Positions 23,258 to 33,945 of a DNA stretch of 64,000 nucleotides are shown here, piece after piece. Below the pieces are notes generated by a model that ran no database searches, had not been told where the DNA came from, and saw nothing but the letters and a program-made list of their open reading frames with translations. This DNA is from Kofleriaceae bacterium (GTDB lineage: Bacteria > Myxococcota_A > Polyangia > Haliangiales > Haliangiaceae): NCBI GenBank assembly GCA_020633495.1, contig JACKDR010000001.1:438105-502104 (forward strand). Reading direction: 5' to 3'. Each line of letters starts with the position of its first letter. Position 1 is the first letter of the stretch. Position numbers and translations under genes: made by a program.

Positions 23258-25246
23258 TTGCGTACGACTATCCAGCACCTTTTGTGTGCCCTGGTGGCAC
23301 CTGCGTTCGTTGTCGGCACCGGCTGCGGTGGCGATGACGGCACTCCGCTCGACATCGAGGCCGCGTGCAACCCGCTCGGCGGGGTCGCGTGCATGATGCC
23401 GTGGCCGTCGATGGTCTACGCCGAGGAGGACGCCTCCACGGAGACCGGCTACCGGGTGGCGATCCCGGAGGCGGCGATGCCCTCGAACACCGACCCGGTG
23501 GTCGTCGACCCGACGCCGTTCAACCGGTTCGACGGCTTCTCGCCATCGGGGCCGATCCTGGCCAACTTCCCCGGCGGCGTCAGCGCCGAGGGCCTGCCGC
23601 CGCTGACCGACCCGGCGCAGTCGCTCGAGGCCGACTCCCCGGTCATCCTCCTCGACATGGACCGCGGCGAGCGCGCCGTGTTCTTCGCCGAGGTCGACAT
23701 GAGCGTCAACGATCCGGCGTCGCGGCCGATCATCATCCGGCCGATGGTGCGCCTCAAGCCGAACACCCGCTACGCGGTCGGCATCCGCAAGACCGTCAAG
23801 TCGGCGGACGGCGGCGAGCTGCCGGTGCCGCCCGCGTTCGCGGCGCTGCGCGACGGCACCCCGTACAACCACCCGATGATGGCCAAGCTGACGCCGCGCT
23901 ACGACGCCATCTTCGCCGCCCTCGAGGGCGAGGGCGTGTCGAAGGACGAGCTGCTGGTGGCCTGGGACTTCGTCACCGCGTCCGACGCGTCGCTGACCTC
24001 GGACCTGCTGGCGATGCGCGCCGACGCGGTGCCCGCGATGGGCAGCAACGGCGCCAACCTCGGCTACGACCTGACCGAGTTCGCCGGCGACCCGACCCGG
24101 GTCCACAAGCTGGTGGTCGGCACGATCGAGTCGCCGGACTTCCTCACCAACGGCGAGGCCGACTCCTCGATCCTGCGTCGCGACGACGCCGGCCGCCCGC
24201 TGATGCAGGGCAAGCGCGACGCCAACTTCACGGCGATCGTCCCGCAGTGCGTCGAGACCGCGCAGCTGCCCATCCCGGTCATGGTCTTCGGCCACGGCCT
24301 GTTCGGCAGCGGCGAGGGCTACCTCAACGATCGCTTCCTGCAGCAGGTCGCCCAGGACTACTGCTTCGTGGTCGTCGCCGGCGACTGGATCGGCCTGACC
24401 GAGCGCCAGATCGGCGTCGCCGCCCTGGCCGCCAACGACCTCAACAAGGCGGGCGGCATCACCGAGAAGCTGGCGCAGTCGGTGATCGACTTCATCTCGA
24501 TCGAGACGATCTCCCGCGGCCCGCTCCACGACGACGCGATGTTCGCCTACAACGGCACGCCGGTGATCGACCCCAGCCGGGTCTACTACTTCGGCGCGTC
24601 GCTGGGCGGCATCATGGGCACGACGTTCATGGCCTACGACCAGCAGATCACGCGCGGCGTGCTCGGCGTCCCCGGCGGCCCGTGGACGATGCTGTTCGAG
24701 CGCTCGTACGCGTGGAACGCGCTGTCGGGCCCGGCCAAGGCGTCGTACCCCGACCCCACCAACTTCCAGATGATGGTGACGCTGCTGGGCTGGCGCTTCG
24801 AGCCCTACGATCCCATCACCGCGGCGCCCCACGTCATCAACGACCCGCTGCCCGACACCCCCGAGAAGCAGATCCTGATGTACGAGGCGATGGCGGACAG
24901 CCTGGTGACCAACATCTCGTCGGAGACCCTGGCCCGCACGATGGGCCTGCAGGTCGTGATGCCGTCGGTCAAGCAGCCGTACGGCCTGGCCGCGGCGCCG
25001 GCCACCGGCCCCAACGGCTTCTCGGTCTACGACGAGGTCCCCGACCCGCCCGGCGACTTCGAGATCCCGCCGCCGTTCAACCTGCCGCCGCAGGACGACA
25101 ACGGCACCCACGGCGGCGTCCACGAGCGCCCCGCGGTGCTGCGCCAGATCGAGGCCTTCCTCTACGACGGCGTGGTCTCGAACCAGTGCCAGGTCGGCGG
25201 CACCCCCGCGGCCTGCTCGTGCGTCGCCGGCAACGCCTGCGAGTAA
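23258..25246 (+). CDS. secreted lipoprotein, putative alpha/beta-fold hydrolase
   Basis: TTG start with GGGAGG RBS; lipobox GTGC; VMVFGHGLFGS and YYFGASLGG (GxSxG) motifs. Confidence 0.6.
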   Translation: MRTTIQHLLCALVAPAFVVGTGCGGDDGTPLDIEAACNPLGGVACMMPWPSMVYAEEDASTETGYRVAIPEAAMPSNTDPVVVDPTPFNRFDGFSPSGPILANFPGGVSAEGLPPLTDPAQSLEADSPVILLDMDRGERAVFFAEVDMSVNDPASRPIIIRPMVRLKPNTRYAVGIRKTVKSADGGELPVPPAFAALRDGTPYNHPMMAKLTPRYDAIFAALEGEGVSKDELLVAWDFVTASDASLTSDLLAMRADAVPAMGSNGANLGYDLTEFAGDPTRVHKLVVGTIESPDFLTNGEADSSILRRDDAGRPLMQGKRDANFTAIVPQCVETAQLPIPVMVFGHGLFGSGEGYLNDRFLQQVAQDYCFVVVAGDWIGLTERQIGVAALAANDLNKAGGITEKLAQSVIDFISIETISRGPLHDDAMFAYNGTPVIDPSRVYYFGASLGGIMGTTFMAYDQQITRGVLGVPGGPWTMLFERSYAWNALSGPAKASYPDPTNFQMMVTLLGWRFEPYDPITAAPHVINDPLPDTPEKQILMYEAMADSLVTNISSETLARTMGLQVVMPSVKQPYGLAAAPATGPNGFSVYDEVPDPPGDFEIPPPFNLPPQDDNGTHGGVHERPAVLRQIEAFLYDGVVSNQCQVGGTPAACSCVAGNACE

Positions 25247-25381
25247 CCAGGCCCGCGCGCCCGCGGCCCCGCACCACCGGGGCCGCGCGCGGCGCGCCGG
25301 CGTGAGGCGGGGCGGGCGCCGCCGGTGGATCGGCGGGAGGTGAGGCTGGTCGCGGCGGCCGCCATTGGCGACACTCGGGGC

Positions 25382-26791
25382 ATGGTCCCGTCGCCGGCCC
25401 TGCGCGTCGATGTGGCGCGCGCGCGCGCGCACTGGCACGCCCGCGCCGGGCTGGCCGCGCCGCTGCCGGGCGACGCCGACGAGGTGATCGCGCGCACCGG
25501 GTGGCTGCGCACGCTCGGCGGCGTCGACGTCTACCTGGCGGCGCGGGCGCGGGTGCCCGGGCTGGGGCGCGCGACGCTCGACGCGCTGGTCGACGCCGGC
25601 CGGCTGCGGGTGATCCCGGCGGTGCGGGGCTGCGTCTACCTGGTGCCGGCGGCGCACGTGCCGCTGGCGCTGGCGGTCGCCGACGACGCCTGGCGCAAGC
25701 GCACCGATCGCGACGTCGCCAAGGCCGGCACCAGCTGGCGCGAGATCGAGGAGGTCGGCCGCGCCGTGATGCGCGTGCTCGGCGCTGGCGCCGCGACCAC
25801 CGACGCGATCCGCCGCGCGCTGCCCGACGGCGCGGTGCGCGGCCTCGGCGAGGCGGGCAAGCGGGCCGGCGTGACCTCACCGCTGCCGCTGGCGCTGCGC
25901 GATCTCGAGCTGCGCGGCGCGATCGCGCGCGCCAGCGCGACCGGCCGGCTCGACACCGAGCGCTACGTGTGGCGGCTCGTGCCCGCCGCCGCGCCGGTGG
26001 CGGTGCCCGGCGACGCGGTCGACCGGTGGGCGGCGCTGGTCCGGATCTTCGTCGGCCACGCCGGGCCGGCGACGGTGGGCGACGTCGCGACCTGGACCGG
26101 GCTGGCCCGCCGCGACGCCACCGCCGCGATCGCGCGCGCCGCGCTGGTGCCGGTCGCGGTCGAGGGCCTGGCCGAGCCGGCGTGGATCGTCGAGGACGAC
26201 GTCACGGCGCTGGCCGAGCCGGCGCCGCCGTCGACGCGGGTGACCCTGCTGAGCTTCGAGGACGGCTACCTGGTCCACCACGGCGGGCCGCGCTGGATGG
26301 TGGCGCCGGCGCAGTGGGACCGCCCGGTGCGGGTCTGGGGCAACACCCGCGGCGCGACGCTCGGGGACGCCGCACACCCGGCGACCCGCACGGTGTGCGT
26401 CGGCGGCGTCGTCGTCGGGATCTGGGAGATGGATCCGGACGCCGGCTCGGTGCTGTGGGCGACGTGGACGCCGGTCGCGCCGCCGGTGCGCGCCGCGATC
26501 GATCAGCTGGCGACCGAGACCGGGTACTTCCTCGAGGACGAGCTCGGCCACGCCCGTAGCTTCTCGCTCGACACCGACGCCGAGGTCCGCGGCCGCGCCG
26601 CCGAGGTCGCGCGCCTGGCCAGCGGCGGCGGCGACGTGGTGGCGCCGCGACGGCCGCGCCCGACGGTCGCGGCGACGCGGACCGCGGCGCGCACGGCGCC
26701 CCGGACCCCGGCCAAGAAGGCGGCGCGGACGCCGGCCGAGGAGGCCAAGAAGGCGGCGCGGACGCCGGCCAAGAAGGCGGCGAGGCGCTAG
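25382..26791 (+). CDS. winged-helix protein, YcaQ/AlkZ-like (DUF1006) candidate, with Lys/Ala-rich histone-H1-like tail
   Basis: VDVYLAARARV...LVDAGRLRVIPAVRGCVYLVPAAH pattern; C-terminal (TPAKKAAR)n. Confidence 0.55.
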   Translation: MVPSPALRVDVARARAHWHARAGLAAPLPGDADEVIARTGWLRTLGGVDVYLAARARVPGLGRATLDALVDAGRLRVIPAVRGCVYLVPAAHVPLALAVADDAWRKRTDRDVAKAGTSWREIEEVGRAVMRVLGAGAATTDAIRRALPDGAVRGLGEAGKRAGVTSPLPLALRDLELRGAIARASATGRLDTERYVWRLVPAAAPVAVPGDAVDRWAALVRIFVGHAGPATVGDVATWTGLARRDATAAIARAALVPVAVEGLAEPAWIVEDDVTALAEPAPPSTRVTLLSFEDGYLVHHGGPRWMVAPAQWDRPVRVWGNTRGATLGDAAHPATRTVCVGGVVVGIWEMDPDAGSVLWATWTPVAPPVRAAIDQLATETGYFLEDELGHARSFSLDTDAEVRGRAAEVARLASGGGDVVAPRRPRPTVAATRTAARTAPRTPAKKAARTPAEEAKKAARTPAKKAARR

Positions 26792-26793
26792 CG

Positions 26794-27573
26794 ATGTGCA
26801 CGGTCATCGTGCTGTGGCGGACCAGCCCGGGCGCGCCGCTGATCCTGGCCGCCAACCGCGACGAGCTCTACGCCCGTCCCACCGACGGCCCCCGGTGGGA
26901 GGGTGACGTCGTGGTCAGCGGCGTCGACCAGGTCTCGGGCGGCACCTGGATGGGCGCCACCACCGCCGGCCTGATCGTCGCGGTCACCAACCAGCGCACC
27001 CACGCCGCGCCCGATCCGACCCGGCGGTCGCGCGGCGCGGTGGTGCGCGCCGCGCTGGCCGCCGGCCGCCGCGACGCCGTCCGCGACCTGGTCCGCGCGA
27101 TCGACCCCACCGACTACAACGGCTTCAACCTGATCTTCGGCGACGCCACCGGCGTCGAGGTCGCGTACGTCCACGCCGGCGCGCCGGTCGAGGTCCACGC
27201 CTTGCCGCAGGGCGTCAGCGTGATCGCCAACGACCGCATCGGCTCGCCCGAGTTCCCGCGCGCCGACCTCGCCGCGGCGCGCGCCGGCGCGGTCGCCGGC
27301 CGCCCGTGGCCGGCGCTCGCCACCGACCTCGCCGGCGTCCTCGCCGATCACACGCTGCCGCCGCCGGAGCGAACCCCGGTTCCGCCGCCGGGGGCGTTCA
27401 TCACGGCCGAGACCGCGCGCCTGGTCCAGGCCGTGTGCATCCACGCGCCACGCTACGGCACGCGCTCGGCCACCCTGGCCGCCGTCGGCGACGACGGGCT
27501 GCGCGACTACCACGTGTCGCTGGACGCCCCCTGCCGGTCGCCGCTGGTCGACGCTCGCCGCCTGCGTCGGTGA
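26794..27573 (+). CDS. NRDE-family protein
   Basis: N-terminus MCTVIVLWRTSPGAPLILAANRDE matches the NRDE family hallmark. Confidence 0.8.
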   Translation: MCTVIVLWRTSPGAPLILAANRDELYARPTDGPRWEGDVVVSGVDQVSGGTWMGATTAGLIVAVTNQRTHAAPDPTRRSRGAVVRAALAAGRRDAVRDLVRAIDPTDYNGFNLIFGDATGVEVAYVHAGAPVEVHALPQGVSVIANDRIGSPEFPRADLAAARAGAVAGRPWPALATDLAGVLADHTLPPPERTPVPPPGAFITAETARLVQAVCIHAPRYGTRSATLAAVGDDGLRDYHVSLDAPCRSPLVDARRLRR

Positions 27574-27633
27574 GCCGTTGCCAGCGGATCGGCTTGGCCT
27601 GGGTGCCCGGGCCGAGTACCGTGCGGGCTCGCC

Positions 27634-29253
27634 ATGGCCAGCAACGACACGGACGACGCGAAGCTCCACGATACGGCGTTCTTCGGGCACCCCCGCGGGC
27701 TGTCGACGCTGTTCTTCACGGAGATGTGGGAACGCTTCAGCTACTACGGGATGCGAGCGTTCCTGGTCCTGTACATGACCGCCGAGGTCGCCAAGGGCGG
27801 GCTCGGCTACGGCGTCGCCCGGGCCGGCCTGGTCTACGGCATGTACACGTCGTCGGTGTACCTGATGAGCGTGCCGGGCGGCTGGATCGCCGACCGCTTC
27901 CTCGGCCTGCGCCGCGCCGTGCTGCTCGGCGGCATCCTGATCATGGCCGGCCACGTCAGCCTCGCGATGCCGCTCGAGGGCAGCTTCTACGTCGGCCTCG
28001 GCCTGGTCGTGCTCGGCACCGGCCTGCTCAAGCCCAACATCAGCGCGATCGTCGGCCAGCTCTACGGCGCCAACGACCCCCGGCGCGACGCCGGCTACTC
28101 CATCTACTACATGGGCATCAACATCGGCGCCCTGGTCGCGCCGATCGCCTGCGGCTTCCTGGCCCAGAGCTCGACGTTCCAGGGCTGGCTGTCGAGCGCC
28201 GGCATCGATCCCAACTCGGCGTGGCACTTCGGCTTCGGCGCCGCCGCGGTCGGCATGTTCTTCGGCCTGGTCCAGTACTGGCTCGGCAGCCGCCACCTCG
28301 GCGACGCCGGCGGCCCGCCGGCGCCGCGCGAGACCGCCGCCGCCAAGAAGCGCGACCGCCTGATCCTGGTCGCGGTGCTCATCGGCACCTTCGGCGTGCC
28401 CATCCTGTTCGGCGTCCTGATGGCCAAGGGCGTCATCGCCAACAAGGAGGACCTCGAGCACGCCTTCACGTACCTGCTGCTGTCGCTGACCGTCGCGCTG
28501 TTCGCGGCGCTGTACCTGTGGGGCTGCGAGGACAGCGAGGAGCGCCGGCGCCTGACCGTCATCCTGGTCCTGTTCCTGGGCGCGGTGACCTTCTGGGCCG
28601 CGTTCGAGCAGGCGGGGTCGACGCTCAACCTGTTCGCGCAGGAGCACACCCGCAACGAGCTGCTCGGCATCGGCTTCCCGGCCAGCTACTTCCAGTCGAT
28701 CAACTCGGTGTGCGTGATCCTGCTGGCGCCGGTGTTCGCGGCGCTGTGGGTGTACCTGGGCAAGCGCGGCAAGGAGCCGTCGTCGCCGATCAAGTTCGGC
28801 ATCGCCCAGTTCCTGGTCGCGCTCGGCTTCGCCGTGCTGATCCCGGCGGCGATCACCCTCGACGGGCCGCAGACCGCGTTCGCCGCGCTCAAGGGGCCGT
28901 TCCAGCACGTGCTGGTCAGCCCGGGCTGGCTGGTCGCGCTGTACTTCATCCACACCGCCGCCGAGATGTGCCTGTCGCCGGTCGGCCTGTCGAGCATGAG
29001 CAAGCTGGCGCCCAAGCGGATCGGCGGCCTGGTCATGGGCATCTGGTTCCTCGCCGCGTCGTGGGGCAACTTCCTCGCCGGCAAGGCGGTCGGCTACACC
29101 GTCACCGCGACGTACCAGAGCTTCTTCACCGGCATGATCATCTTCCCGGTCATCATGGGCATGGTGCTGCTGGTGCTGGCCGGCCCGATCCGCCGCATGA
29201 TGTCGCGCAACGCCGCCGGCGGCCTGCCCAAGGCGACCGCGCGCAAGAAGTAG
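27634..29253 (+). CDS. proton-dependent oligopeptide (POT/PTR2) transporter
   Basis: FFTEMWERFSYYGMRAFLVLYM signature; about 12 TM helices. Confidence 0.9.
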   Translation: MASNDTDDAKLHDTAFFGHPRGLSTLFFTEMWERFSYYGMRAFLVLYMTAEVAKGGLGYGVARAGLVYGMYTSSVYLMSVPGGWIADRFLGLRRAVLLGGILIMAGHVSLAMPLEGSFYVGLGLVVLGTGLLKPNISAIVGQLYGANDPRRDAGYSIYYMGINIGALVAPIACGFLAQSSTFQGWLSSAGIDPNSAWHFGFGAAAVGMFFGLVQYWLGSRHLGDAGGPPAPRETAAAKKRDRLILVAVLIGTFGVPILFGVLMAKGVIANKEDLEHAFTYLLLSLTVALFAALYLWGCEDSEERRRLTVILVLFLGAVTFWAAFEQAGSTLNLFAQEHTRNELLGIGFPASYFQSINSVCVILLAPVFAALWVYLGKRGKEPSSPIKFGIAQFLVALGFAVLIPAAITLDGPQTAFAALKGPFQHVLVSPGWLVALYFIHTAAEMCLSPVGLSSMSKLAPKRIGGLVMGIWFLAASWGNFLAGKAVGYTVTATYQSFFTGMIIFPVIMGMVLLVLAGPIRRMMSRNAAGGLPKATARKK

Positions 29254-29316
29254 CGCCGCCGCACGTTGCCACGCTCGCCGCGCGCCGGTCTCGGCGGCCA
29301 GCGTAGGATCGAGGCG

Positions 29317-30129
29317 ATGCATCGCCACCGTGCGCGTGTCGTGACCGTCACCGCCGCGGGCCTCGCCCTCGGCGCGTGTCGGGGCGCCGCGTCGACGCCC
29401 ACCCGCGACGACGCCACGAGGTCGACCGCGACCGCGTTCGACGCCAGGATCCCGGTCGTGGCCACCGCCGACGGTGGAAGCCCGCGGCCGGTCGCGGACG
29501 CGGGCCCTTCCTCGACCAGGATCGAGACCTTCGACGGCCGGCCCGGCTGGCTGGTGCTCGGCGAGCACAGCCACGACGTCGCCGAGGCGCACGCGCTGGC
29601 GTTCGAACGCCGCGCCGACGGCATCGACGCCCACGCCATCGACACCGGCCTGTTCGAGAACCTGCGCCCCGGCTTCGTCGCCGTGGTCTACGGCCGTTAC
29701 GACGACCGCGCCGATGCACGACGCCTGGTCGCGGCGCTGGCCGACCAGGGCATCGACACCTACGCCACGCAGAGCGGCCCGGTGCGCGCCGTCGACGGCG
29801 CGCCTGCCCCCGCCGCGCTGAGCCTCGTCGAGCCCTGTCTCTCCAACCTTGGTGGCGCCCCGCAGTTCGTGCTGTCGATGTATTCCAGTTCCGATACGCG
29901 CGTCCCGGAGATCGACTCGGTCCGCTTCGACGTGGTCGACAGGTACACGGCCACCTGCGAGATGTATGAGTGGTGGACCAATCGCACCGGCACGGTCTAC
30001 GTCGACGTGACCGCGACCTACCCCCGTGACGGCGTCGACGTCGACTGCGACCCCGTCAAGGTCGAGCTCCCAGCCGACGGCGGTCGTGTGAAGGCCGAGA
30101 TCGAGTGCCAGGAATGGCAGGGCGAGTGA
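29317..30129 (+). CDS. hypothetical lipoprotein
   Basis: Signal plus lipobox LALGAC; protein-like composition. Confidence 0.5.
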   Translation: MHRHRARVVTVTAAGLALGACRGAASTPTRDDATRSTATAFDARIPVVATADGGSPRPVADAGPSSTRIETFDGRPGWLVLGEHSHDVAEAHALAFERRADGIDAHAIDTGLFENLRPGFVAVVYGRYDDRADARRLVAALADQGIDTYATQSGPVRAVDGAPAPAALSLVEPCLSNLGGAPQFVLSMYSSSDTRVPEIDSVRFDVVDRYTATCEMYEWWTNRTGTVYVDVTATYPRDGVDVDCDPVKVELPADGGRVKAEIECQEWQGE

Positions 30130-30247
30130 CGGGCAAGAGACGGGGACGAGTGCCCCGGCCGTCCCGCTCTCGGCGCCCGCGAGTGTCCTCGAAGGCAGGC
30201 TCGTGGTTCGAGACGCGGTGGCCAGGATCCCGGTGCGCCGCCGAGAC

Positions 30248-30315
30248 CGCACCGATCCACACCCTCTCGACCACGCCCTCGCGGCTGCGCCGCTCGGGCT
30301 CCGCTCGAGGTGAGC
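30248..30315. repeat. dispersed GC-rich intergenic element, copy B (matches 5985-6050)
   Basis: gatccacaccctctcgaccacgccctcgcggctgcgccgctcgggctccgctcgaggtgagcg. Confidence 0.8.
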
Positions 30316-30785
30316 GTGACCACATCGCCCCTGCGATCCCACGGTTCGCCTTTGCAGCACATCGCCGACTGCCGTCGGGTGAGCGCTGCCCTGGGGCCGC
30401 GCCGCACACCCTGCGCTCCCCACCGCGGCCCGGCTCGGTTCGCCCGACGTCACGCCGGCCCGGGTGACGCGCGCGCGGGGGGGCCTCCGCCGGCGAGTTC
30501 CGCAGCGGGCCCGCGCCACCACGCGACGGCGTGACCGCCCGCGCCACCACCACCGCCCGCGCTCTCGTCACCGCGAGGACTGTCCGAGCCGGCGGAGGCT
30601 CCCCGCGCGCGCGGCAGGACCAGGGCCGGCGGCCCGCGCTCTCCCCACCGCCCGCACGCGGGCTCTGATCCCGCGTGCCGCGCCCCGCCGCACCCGCGCC
30701 GCCCACGCCGCCCACGCCGCCCGCGCTGCCCGCGCTGCCCGCGCATGGCCGCCATGCCGGACGCCGTGGTATGCGTCTTCCGCCA

Positions 30786-32194
<1,409 letters not shown>

Positions 32195-32236
32195 GCGCCG
32201 CGCCCGCGCCCACCACCACGCCCGCGGCCGCGCCCG

Positions 32237-32680
32237 CTACCGCCACGGCGGATCGGTGGCCCGCGCGTACGGCCGCGCCGAGGCCGCGTCGATCGCCTCG
32301 AGCTCGTGCATCGGCACCACCTGCTGCGCCACCGGGAACACGTCGCGCTCCTCGTAGCGGACGTGGCGATCGAGCTCGTCCGCGAACCGGGTCATCACCA
32401 CCGGGCTCGCCTCCGCGATCGCGACCAGGCCGCGCAGGACCCCGTGATCCTCCACGATCTGCGCCGCGAGATCGGCGCGCCCGGCGGCCTTGAGCGCGGG
32501 CACCAGCAGCTCCTCCTCGATGCGCATGTGCGGCTCGATGTGGGCGGCGAAGTCCTGGCGGGTGGTCCGCCAGGTCCCGACCACCTCGCCCGACTCCGCG
32601 CCCCGGCGCGCGACGCGGGCCAGGACCAGCGCGTGGTGGTGGTCGGAGCTCAGCCGTCGCAGGTGTGGATCACGGTGCAT
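32237..32680 (-). CDS. hemerythrin HHE cation-binding domain protein
   Basis: H...HxxxE/HxxEE spacing typical of hemerythrin-like domains. Confidence 0.7.
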   Translation of the reverse strand: MHRDPHLRRLSSDHHHALVLARVARRGAESGEVVGTWRTTRQDFAAHIEPHMRIEEELLVPALKAAGRADLAAQIVEDHGVLRGLVAIAEASPVVMTRFADELDRHVRYEERDVFPVAQQVVPMHELEAIDAASARPYARATDPPWR

Positions 32681-32862
32681 GGCATCTCCCGGGTGCCGGC
32701 GTCGTCAACGCCATGGCGCCGGGTTGAGCAAGCGACGGGCCAGGGCCCTCGGCGCCCGAGGCGTGACGCCCCGGACCTCGAATGCGCAGACCTTGCGCCA
32801 GCCTGGGAGGTCCGCCATCCGACGTGCGCGGATCGGCACACCCGGCGGTCTACACTGCGGCC

Positions 32863-33840
32863 ATGCCCGAGACCCTGATCCTGTCGAGATCGGACGTCGC
32901 CTCGCTGGTCACGATGGCCGAGGTGGTCGCCGCGGTCGAGGCCGCGTTCGTCGCCCACGGCCGCGGCCAGGTGCAGATGCCGCCCAAGGTGTACCTGTCG
33001 CTGCCCGAGCACGGCGGCGACTTCCGGGCCATGCCCGCGTACATGCCGGCGAGCCGCGACCAGCCGGCGCGCGCCGGCGTCAAGTGGGTCAACTCGCACC
33101 CCGGCAACCCGGCGCGCCACGGCCTGCCCGCGGTGATGGGCACCTACGTCCTGAGCGATCCCGCCACCGCCGCGCCGCTCGCGGTCATGGACGCGACCTG
33201 GTTGACCGCGGTCCGCACCGGCGCCGCCGGCGCGGTGGCGTCCAAGTTCCTCGCGGTCGGCACGCCGCGCTCGATCGGCTTCGTCGGCTGCGGCGTCCAG
33301 GCCCAGGTCCTGCTCGACGCCCACCGGGTCCTGTTCGCGCCGCGGGAGCTGCGCTGCGCCGACGTCCGCCCCGACGCCGCCGCCGCGTTCGCCGCGGCCA
33401 ACGGCGGACGCGTGACCTCGACCGAGGAGGCGTGCGCGTGCGACATCGTGTGCACCTCGACCCCGGGCGTCGCGCCGGTGGTGCGCCGCGCGTGGCTGCG
33501 CCGCGGCACCCACGTCAACGCGATGGGCGCCGACGCGCCCGGCAAGCAGGAGCTCGACGTCGACGTCCTCGACGGCGCCAAGCTGGTCATCGACGATCAC
33601 GAGCAGGCCACCCACTCCGGCGAGCTCAACGTCGCCTGGTCGCAGGGCCGCCTCGGCGACGCCCAGCTCTACGGCACGCTCGGCGAGATCGCCGCCGGCT
33701 TCAAGGACGGCCGCGAGCTCGACGAGCTCACGATCTTCGACTCGACCGGGCTGGCGATCCAGGACCTCGCGGTGGCGCGGCTGATCCACGCGGCGGCGCT
33801 GCGCCGCGACGCAGGCACCCGCGTCGATCTGCAAGCCTGA
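32863..33840 (+). CDS. ornithine cyclodeaminase / mu-crystallin family protein
   Basis: Rossmann IGFVGCGVQA; overall OCD-family similarity. Confidence 0.85.
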   Translation: MPETLILSRSDVASLVTMAEVVAAVEAAFVAHGRGQVQMPPKVYLSLPEHGGDFRAMPAYMPASRDQPARAGVKWVNSHPGNPARHGLPAVMGTYVLSDPATAAPLAVMDATWLTAVRTGAAGAVASKFLAVGTPRSIGFVGCGVQAQVLLDAHRVLFAPRELRCADVRPDAAAAFAAANGGRVTSTEEACACDIVCTSTPGVAPVVRRAWLRRGTHVNAMGADAPGKQELDVDVLDGAKLVIDDHEQATHSGELNVAWSQGRLGDAQLYGTLGEIAAGFKDGRELDELTIFDSTGLAIQDLAVARLIHAAALRRDAGTRVDLQA

Positions 33841-33945
33841 CCACGATCGTCGATGGGGTCCGAAAATCTTCCGGGCGCCGTCGACGGCCCCGCGCAAACT
33901 CCGCGTGTCAAAACGCGTTGACCTCGACGTCGTCGCGACGGCACG

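Noticed and set aside
19632-25657. ORFs 19632-23396(+), 23117-25657(-) and 26788-30522(-)
   Set aside because: Frames that run through minisatellites or antisense to lipoprotein/transporter genes, with no family signal.
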